The notes beneath the pieces were generated by a model. It was not told the origin of the DNA, ran no database searches, and saw nothing but the letters and a program-made list of their open reading frames with translations. Both the position numbers and the translations under genes were made by a program. From IMG/VR virus record IMGVR_UViG_3300012277_000051, positions 4,041 to 68,040 of that record: a stretch of 64,000 bases of DNA. One strand, 5' to 3'. Positions 57,696 to 64,000 of the stretch are shown in pieces; position 1 is the stretch's first letter; each line of letters opens with the position of its first letter. The DNA comes from a virus.

Positions 57696-58148
57696 ATTAT
57701 AGAAAACTTTTACACCTATCTTGCCGGGAGCATGACCACTTTCGGTGTGGATAGATATCATGAGGGAAATCAATGGAGAGAAGAAGTTAATAAAAAACTG
57801 TTCCGTATGGCGGATCTGTATGGGGCAATTAAAAAACCTGTGACGATTAATCCGAACAATCATTTCTCATTCTTGGATAACACTACATATACAAGCCAGA
57901 GAGAGATAAAAGAATTCGACTTACATAAAGCAACGAATAGCAATTTGATAATTGTCAACTTCCTCGTTCCCGTCAGCATTGTCACATCAAAGGAGATTGC
58001 CATTTGCCACGATAAGGGGATTCCGGTTATAGGATTGAACGAACAGAAGTTAGAGCTGCACCCATGGGACATTGATGATTGTAACCGGATTTTTGACGAT
58101 ATGGACGAAATGCTTGAATATGTGGTTAAGCATTACTTGATGGATTAG
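57696..58148 (+). CDS. nucleoside 2-deoxyribosyltransferase-like protein, probably initiating at ATT
   Basis: In-frame upstream extension encodes IIENFYTYLAGSM (YLAG motif); AAAGGAGG lies 6 nt before the ATT at 57696; the track's ATG at 57732 has no usable RBS. Confidence 0.4.
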   Translation: MIENFYTYLAGSMTTFGVDRYHEGNQWREEVNKKLFRMADLYGAIKKPVTINPNNHFSFLDNTTYTSQREIKEFDLHKATNSNLIIVNFLVPVSIVTSKEIAICHDKGIPVIGLNEQKLELHPWDIDDCNRIFDDMDEMLEYVVKHYLMD

Positions 58149-58176
58149 GGGAGGTAATAGTATTTCAACCTGTATT

Positions 58177-58545
58177 ATGGGATACGAAAATGGGCCAAGA
58201 AATCTAAAGATTGGTTTCATGGGGTATAACACCAAATTAACATATGATCTGTTTAAATGGTTTTGTGACAACAATCATGAGAATATAGTAGACGGTGAAT
58301 TCAGAAAGAACAATTCATGGGTTAAATTTAAAGACGGAACTGTAGTAATTCCGATTATATCATCGTCGCATCTAAGAGGAGAAAAAATTGATCAGCTTAT
58401 TTTATGTGACGATGAACGATGGGAAATATATAGAAAGCGATATGACGATATTAGCCTTACGAGATTAACAAGTATGTCCATTACAAATGTGCCTGATGAA
58501 TTTCAGATAATTGAATGTTTATACGACATAGACATTGATGAGTAA
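58177..58545 (+). CDS. hypothetical protein
   Basis: ORF track. Confidence 0.4.
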   Translation: MGYENGPRNLKIGFMGYNTKLTYDLFKWFCDNNHENIVDGEFRKNNSWVKFKDGTVVIPIISSSHLRGEKIDQLILCDDERWEIYRKRYDDISLTRLTSMSITNVPDEFQIIECLYDIDIDE

Positions 58546-58594
58546 AAGCTAAGTAAACGAAGATTTTATAGTAACTGTTGAAAAAATAAGAATA

Positions 58595-58639
58595 AGGAGT
58601 AAAGAGGTTTGGTCGGCCAATAAACGTGCGTTTACTCCT
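58595..58639 (+). promoter_or_regulatory. hairpin sequestering a Shine-Dalgarno sequence (aggagtaaa ... tttactcct, 9-bp stem) upstream of the Dam-like methyltransferase
   Basis: Perfect inverted repeat enclosing the only SD in this leader. Confidence 0.45.
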
Positions 58640-58649
58640 GTGATAACAC

Positions 58650-59360
58650 ATAAAATACGTTGGAAGTAAAAGTAGGATAGGTAAAGATATTGCACCAATA
58701 ATCCAGAAATTTATTGATGACAATAAAATTAATACATATTACGAACCGTTTGTTGGCGGTGCAAACATGATCGATAAGATCAGGTGCAAATATCGAATAG
58801 GAAACGATAGTAATGAATATCTTATTCAGTTTTGGAAGCAAATTCAGGAAGGGTGGAATCCTTTGGATATAAATATGACAAAGGATTTTTACACAAAAGT
58901 AAAAGATAATAAGGATAGTTACCCAAAACATATTGTGGCCCTTGCAGGACTGTGTGCCACATACAACGCTAAATGGTTTGGAGGGTACGCTGGAATTGTG
59001 CATACAAAAATTGGAACAGAACGAAATTATTACGACGAGGCTGTTAGAAACGTAATAAACCAAAAAGAATTTGTTCAAGATGTAGAGTTCACTTGTATGA
59101 ACTATCTTAACACTATATATATGAACGCCGTTATTTACTGTGATCCTCCATACAAGGGGACAACAAAATATAAAGACGACTTTAATCATGATGAATATTG
59201 GGATTGGGTCAGAACAATGAGTAAGGACAACATAGTGATTTGCAGTGAATATGAAGCACCTGAAGACTTTGATTGTATTTGGAGCAAAGAATTAACAACA
59301 ACCCTAGATAAGAATAGTCGTAGTAAATCGGTAGAAAAATTATTCATGTTGAAAAATTGA
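58650..59360 (+). CDS. DNA N6-adenine methyltransferase (Dam-like) with no canonical start codon
   Basis: DPPY (motif IV) and YYEPFVGGA (motif I). The in-frame upstream extension KYVGSKSRIGKDIAPIIQ (Dam N-terminal motif X) runs right up to TGA-TAA at 58641-58646, with only an ATA at 58650 available as a start. Confidence 0.7.
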   Translation: MKYVGSKSRIGKDIAPIIQKFIDDNKINTYYEPFVGGANMIDKIRCKYRIGNDSNEYLIQFWKQIQEGWNPLDINMTKDFYTKVKDNKDSYPKHIVALAGLCATYNAKWFGGYAGIVHTKIGTERNYYDEAVRNVINQKEFVQDVEFTCMNYLNTIYMNAVIYCDPPYKGTTKYKDDFNHDEYWDWVRTMSKDNIVICSEYEAPEDFDCIWSKELTTTLDKNSRSKSVEKLFMLKN

Positions 59361-59397
59361 GAAAAGGGTTATTTTATCAAGAAAAGGAGAAACAAAA

Positions 59398-59934
59398 ATG
59401 ATTGAGAAATTAATACAAATTGCAAATGAAGAATACGATGGTCATTTTACTTTATTAAAATTTACTAGAGATTATGGCTGTTGTTTTGGAACTTTGGATG
59501 AGACTCTCTTATCTAGCAGTTTAATGTCACACAGTACAACAATTGAAGAAACAATTAGAAAGTGTATTGATAATCGAACAAATTCTGGTGATATTGCAAG
59601 AATGAAAAGCAATAAGATGATAACTATAACAGACATTAATGGAAATTCATCAATATTATTTCCAGAAGATGAAGTGAAGATAGTGATGAAGAATGGGAAG
59701 GAAAGATTCGGAGAGTATTTAGGGGAGTGTACTAAATATAGAGAACATGGGCATTGGTATTTCACGTTGGATTCTCACGACCCGGAAAGTTATTGTGATT
59801 ATGCCGATAAAAGAGGGTCTAATAAATATCTTACGATTTATGAAAACAAAAAAGCTAAAACATCGAGCATTGATGAATCAAACATTAATAACATTATTGT
59901 GGTTAAGCATTGTGGAAAGAAATTAAGTAAATGA
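59398..59934 (+). CDS. hypothetical protein
   Basis: ORF track; RBS aaaaggagaaacaaaa. Confidence 0.45.
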   Translation: MIEKLIQIANEEYDGHFTLLKFTRDYGCCFGTLDETLLSSSLMSHSTTIEETIRKCIDNRTNSGDIARMKSNKMITITDINGNSSILFPEDEVKIVMKNGKERFGEYLGECTKYREHGHWYFTLDSHDPESYCDYADKRGSNKYLTIYENKKAKTSSIDESNINNIIVVKHCGKKLSK

Positions 59935-59964
59935 GATTTCTATTAGTTTAATGAAAGGAAAAAT

Positions 59965-60102
59965 ATGATTATTAGATATATCAGGACTTTATTTTGCAAG
60001 CATGATTTTGAACATGTTAGACATGTGGCTTTTTCAACTGGTGATGTTGACGTTTTTATGTGTAAGAAATGTGGTTGGATAAGAAAAATAAAAGTGTTTT
60101 GA
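59965..60102 (+). CDS. small zinc-ribbon-like protein (46 aa), not in the ORF track
   Basis: ATG after aaaggaaaaat. Confidence 0.25.
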   Translation: MIIRYIRTLFCKHDFEHVRHVAFSTGDVDVFMCKKCGWIRKIKVF

Positions 60103-60149
60103 TGTCAAATAGACAACAACGAAAGGATTAAAGAGTGAATAATTTTTAG

Positions 60150-60386
60150 ATGGTAACAACGGTAAACGAGTTAATCTCTGAACTTCAGAGAATCAAGGAC
60201 AACGGCCATGGACATACGTGGATTCTGTATGAGAGTGGTAATGCAACTGACAACAATGACAGAGTAATTGACGGTATTATTAGGAAGCCAATCGGATTTG
60301 ATGAAGGAAATAGCTTTTATTATGTACTGTGTGGCAGTGAAGCCGGTAAAGGCTGTATGAAATATACTCGTGAAAAATCACGTTAA
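60150..60386 (+). CDS. hypothetical protein
   Basis: ORF track. Confidence 0.4.
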   Translation: MVTTVNELISELQRIKDNGHGHTWILYESGNATDNNDRVIDGIIRKPIGFDEGNSFYYVLCGSEAGKGCMKYTREKSR

Positions 60387-60417
60387 TATAGATATTATAT
60401 GAGAGAAGGAGTAATTA

Positions 60418-60612
60418 ATGGTAAAGATTTATACCACACATTGTCCACAATGTAGAGTGTTAGAAAAATTGCTAATGGACAAAAAGATTGAATTTGAAAC
60501 TGTTGAAGACATAGAACTCATGAAAAATAAAGGAATAATGTCGGTTCCCCAATTAGAAATTGGTGGAGAGTTGATGAATATGCGTAAAGCAATGAAATGG
60601 ATTAATGAATAA
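60418..60612 (+). CDS. nrdH: glutaredoxin-like NrdH redoxin
   Basis: CPQC active site 8 aa from the N-terminus; 64 aa; directly upstream of nrdD. Confidence 0.65.
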   Translation: MVKIYTTHCPQCRVLEKLLMDKKIEFETVEDIELMKNKGIMSVPQLEIGGELMNMRKAMKWINE

Positions 60613-60630
60613 GACAATTGGAGGATATTA

Positions 60631-62454
60631 ATGCTAGATAATTACAGAAAGTATATAAACTTTATCACTAAATATAAGAAAGCTGTTAATGCTGCAAGTG
60701 GAAGCGAAGTAGATTCGAACGCGAATGTAGAGAATAAAAATATTACAACTATGTATGGAGAGTTGTTTAAAAAGGATTCGATTAATGTAAATAGACTTTT
60801 AATGCATGATAAACTCACTGAACTATATGGAGAAGATTTTGCTAATGAATATATTAGACAGATCCTTTCTCATGAGATTTATCGGAATGATGAAACAAGT
60901 TTGTTCCCATATTGCGTAAGTATTACCATGTATCCATTCCTATTTAACGGATTGGAAAGTATTGGAGGCATTTCGGCTGCTCCAAAGAATCTTGATTCAT
61001 TTTGCGGATCATTTGTAAATCTAGTATTTGCTATTGCCTCACAATTTGCCGGTGCGGTATCAACTCCAGAATGGCTTACATATATGGATTACTTCATTCG
61101 AAAAGAATACGGCGATGACTACTATTTAAAATCAGATAGTATTGTGACAAATAACGTTCCTCTCAGTCAGAAAACTATTAAAAGCACGATTGAAGACAAA
61201 TTCCAACAGGTGGTATATTCATTAAATCAGCCAGCGGCTGCGAGGAATTTTCAGTCAGTCTTTTGGAATATTGCAGATTTTGATGAACCGTATTTCAATG
61301 GCATATTTGATAGCTTCGTTTTCCCAGACGGTACAGAACCAAAGTGGGAGAGCGTCTCATGGCTGCAAAAGCACTTTATGAAATGGTTTAATGAAGAAAG
61401 ATTGAAGAAAGTTTTGACATTCCCGGTTGAAACTATGAATCTGCTTAACAACGGGAAAGAGTATGAAGATAAAGAGTGGTTCGAATTTTCAACTGAAATG
61501 TATGCTAAAGGCCATTCGTTCTTTACGTATACAAGTGATAGCGTTGATTCATTGGCATCATGCTGTAGACTAAGAAATGAATTACAAGACAACTCATTCT
61601 CATATACCCTGGGCGCAGGTGGAGTATCAACCGGATCTAAGGGTGTTATAACAATTAACATTAACAGATTAGTCCAAGATGCAGTAAAGAACGGAGAAGA
61701 CATTGGAGACAAGGTTTCTTTGCAGGTAGAAAAAATTCATAAATATTTATACGCATGGAATGAGATATTAAAAGAAGATTATAAGTCAAAGATTCTTCCA
61801 ATTTATGACGCAGGGTTTATATCATTAGGCAAACAGTTTTTGACGGTGGGCATCAATGGCTTTGTTGAGGGAGCTGAGTTTTTGGGAATTGAACCAACAG
61901 TAAACGATGAATACATAAAATATGGGGAAACGATTTTAAAGCCAATTTATGACATCAATAAGAGGGACAAGACTGACGACATCATGTATAACTGCGAATT
62001 TATTCCAGCTGAAAACCTCGGAGTTAAGAATGCCAAATGGGATAAGGAAGACGGATATTTTGTGCCAAGAGACTGTTATAACAGTTACTTTTATAGGGTA
62101 GAAGATGAATCGATAAATATTGTTGATAAATTTAAATTGCATGGAAGGCAGTTTACAAAGTACTTAGACGGAGGTAGCGCCTTACATGGGAATTTAAACG
62201 AACATTTGTCTCAGGCTCAATACAAAATTTTGCTTTTAGATGCCGTAAAAACTGGATGTAATTATTTCACTTTCAACATTCCAAATACCGTTTGTAACAA
62301 GTGCGGTCATATTAGCAAACACAGGCTTGAAAAATGTGAGAATTGTGGCAGTGACGATCTTGATTATATTACTAGAATTATAGGCTACCTAAAGAGAGTG
62401 TCAAAATTCTCAGAACAAAGGCAGAGTGAAGCGAGAGAAAGATATTATGAGTAG
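60631..62454 (+). CDS. nrdD: anaerobic ribonucleoside-triphosphate reductase (class III)
   Basis: C-terminal CNKCGH...CENCG zinc site and the glycyl-radical motif TRIIGYL. Confidence 0.85.
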   Translation: MLDNYRKYINFITKYKKAVNAASGSEVDSNANVENKNITTMYGELFKKDSINVNRLLMHDKLTELYGEDFANEYIRQILSHEIYRNDETSLFPYCVSITMYPFLFNGLESIGGISAAPKNLDSFCGSFVNLVFAIASQFAGAVSTPEWLTYMDYFIRKEYGDDYYLKSDSIVTNNVPLSQKTIKSTIEDKFQQVVYSLNQPAAARNFQSVFWNIADFDEPYFNGIFDSFVFPDGTEPKWESVSWLQKHFMKWFNEERLKKVLTFPVETMNLLNNGKEYEDKEWFEFSTEMYAKGHSFFTYTSDSVDSLASCCRLRNELQDNSFSYTLGAGGVSTGSKGVITININRLVQDAVKNGEDIGDKVSLQVEKIHKYLYAWNEILKEDYKSKILPIYDAGFISLGKQFLTVGINGFVEGAEFLGIEPTVNDEYIKYGETILKPIYDINKRDKTDDIMYNCEFIPAENLGVKNAKWDKEDGYFVPRDCYNSYFYRVEDESINIVDKFKLHGRQFTKYLDGGSALHGNLNEHLSQAQYKILLLDAVKTGCNYFTFNIPNTVCNKCGHISKHRLEKCENCGSDDLDYITRIIGYLKRVSKFSEQRQSEARERYYE

Positions 62455-62914
62455 ACCACTAAAGTTTATTGGCTTTTCAGTTGTTTGCCAAGAGGTTCCT
62501 GATGAAATTTCTATTGCTATTAATATAAGTGATTGTCCCTACAAATGTAGGGGCTGTCACAGCAAATTTCTATGGGAGTACAATGGGGAACTGTTGTTAG
62601 AAAAACTACAGGATATTATATCGAAATACAAAGAACTTGTGACATGTGTTTGTTTTATGGGTGGAGATCAAAACGAATATGAACTAATTGAAGCTTTTAA
62701 AATCACAAAATCTAATAATTTAAAAACCTGTCTTTACACTGGTAACGATGATATTGAGAACACAAACAAGTATCTTCCATTATTAGATTATGTAAAAATA
62801 GGACGATATGATGAGTCTTTAGGTGGACTTAACTTCGAGAATACCAATCAAAGGTTTTTTGTGGTTAACAATGGTGAATTAACGGATTTAACAAAGACAT
62901 TCATAAAGAATTAA
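62447..62914 (+). CDS. nrdG: anaerobic RNR activating enzyme (radical SAM)
   Basis: CPYKCRGCHS cluster motif; overlaps the nrdD stop. Confidence 0.8.
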   Translation: MSRPLKFIGFSVVCQEVPDEISIAINISDCPYKCRGCHSKFLWEYNGELLLEKLQDIISKYKELVTCVCFMGGDQNEYELIEAFKITKSNNLKTCLYTGNDDIENTNKYLPLLDYVKIGRYDESLGGLNFENTNQRFFVVNNGELTDLTKTFIKN

Positions 62915-62929
62915 TAGAAAGGCAGTTAA

Positions 62930-63076
62930 ATGAAAACCACAAGTGAATGCAGTAAATGTAAGCATTGTGAAATTGACGATTCGGATAAGAAAAAATGGAT
63001 TATCACATGTAAACTTACAAATAAAAAATATGTGTATGGACAGAATATTCCATGCGATGAAAAGATTGAACGATAA
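62930..63076 (+). CDS. small Cys-rich hypothetical protein (48 aa), not in the ORF track
   Basis: Plus-strand ORF with a weak RBS. Confidence 0.2.
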   Translation: MKTTSECSKCKHCEIDDSDKKKWIITCKLTNKKYVYGQNIPCDEKIER

Positions 63077-63087
63077 GGAGGAAGTTA

Positions 63088-63681
63088 ATGACAGTAAACG
63101 ATAACGAGTTATTATGGGCAAAAGTTAAACCGGCTGCAATTATTCCAACAAAGAGAACTGAAGATGCTGGATATGATATTTATCCTTGCTTTGAAGAGGA
63201 CTATATTATAGTCCCCACTCATGAAACGAGATTAATTCCAACAGGAATTGCAAGTGCGTTTTCAAATGATTATGTTGCCGTATTAAAAGAGAGGGGATCT
63301 ACAGGGACAAAAGGAATCGCCCAGAGATCAGGAATTTTAGATTCAGGGTTCCGCAATGAGTGGTTTGTGCCTATTACAAATGCCTCCAATAGAGAGTTGA
63401 TTATTTCAAAACTTTCAATTGCTGAGTTAATTAATAAATATTCTATGTCAGATGATGAAGGAGATAAATATATTCTTGATGGAAAGGTGAGGGTTTATTT
63501 GGATTTTGGAGAGTTTACCAAAGAACAGGATCTTCCAACTATCTATTCATATTCTAAAGCAATTTGTCAGGCGCTAATTTTACCAGTTCCAAAGATGAAC
63601 TCAAAAGAAATCTCATATGAGGAATTAAAATCAGTTACCAGCGAACGAGGTATGGGAATGCTTGGTAGCAGCAACAAATAA
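63088..63681 (+). CDS. dut: dUTPase
   Basis: DAGYDIY (motif I), ERGSTGTKG (motif II), GILDSGFRNE (motif III). Confidence 0.85.
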   Translation: MTVNDNELLWAKVKPAAIIPTKRTEDAGYDIYPCFEEDYIIVPTHETRLIPTGIASAFSNDYVAVLKERGSTGTKGIAQRSGILDSGFRNEWFVPITNASNRELIISKLSIAELINKYSMSDDEGDKYILDGKVRVYLDFGEFTKEQDLPTIYSYSKAICQALILPVPKMNSKEISYEELKSVTSERGMGMLGSSNK

Positions 63682-63778
63682 TGAGCAAACGTCTATGGTT
63701 GCAAACATAGGCTTTACATAAATTATTAAAAAACTATAGGATACCGGTATCCTTCAAATCATAAATTTGGAGGATTAT

Positions 63779-64000
63779 AATGAGAAAATTAATAACAGTA
63801 GGTATGACATCATTCTGTCTCGCCTTCACGATGCCCATGGCAACATGGGCGAATAATATAGAAGAAACCGTTACCACGGCACAGGAAAATGTAGCTACGA
63901 CAACTAAATATTGCAATGCAAACAATGTAAATATCAGAAAAGACCCAAATATAGAATCAGAAATTATAGGCCAAGCCTTTTTAAATACAAGTTTTGAAGT
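63779..64000 (+). CDS. secreted protein with a signal peptide and SH3b-like domain (N-terminal part; continues past the window)
   Basis: MRKLITVGMTSFCLAFTMPMATWA signal peptide; NVNIRKDPNIESEIIGQAF is SH3b-like; RBS ggaggatta. Confidence 0.5.

Overview
AT-rich (about one-third GC), tightly packed, almost entirely plus-strand gene array with Shine-Dalgarno sites throughout. It looks like a large temperate phage or prophage of a low-GC Firmicute, probably an anaerobe. Modules in order:

1. Early and regulatory genes: GGDEF diguanylate cyclase, XRE regulators, peptide deformylase, tyrosine integrase.
2. A run of four ParB/Srx-fold genes (DUF262, ParB-nuclease-like, DGQHR/DndB-like, degenerate ParB).
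3. Many small ORFs and CxxC zinc-ribbon ORFs, a MazF/PemK-like protein, an amidoligase-like protein, a C5 cytosine methyltransferase with no canonical start codon, a LemA protein and a PcfJ-like protein.
4. A TnpB-like gene, apparently without RuvC-II glutamate or zinc finger (TldR-like), with a divergent RHH gene and GTGATATCAC operator palindromes; then an SPFH/membrane cluster.
5. A complete replication module (SSB-like, RecA-like ATPase, DnaB-like helicase, primase, DHH/RecJ-like, Pol III alpha, RecD-like helicase, NAD-dependent ligase), followed by tRNA-Gln(UUG) and an RNA ligase.
6. Nucleotide and DNA-modification genes: radical SAM protein, GHKL ATPase, divergent ThyX-like protein, guanylate-kinase-like, nucleoside deoxyribosyltransferase-like, Dam-like N6A methyltransferase with no canonical start, NrdH/NrdD/NrdG anaerobic RNR, dUTPase, and a partial secreted SH3b protein.

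A 13-17 nt motif AAAT(AAAT)AAAGAAAAC recurs eight times. Copies sit just upstream of the -35 of three TTGACA-N17 promoters and again at the predicted 5' ends of the transcripts. The copy at 31138 directly abuts the TnpB-like gene's 3' scaffold-like region.

Coordinates I derived myself from the printed sequence may be off by 1-2 nt; coordinates taken from the ORF track are internally consistent.
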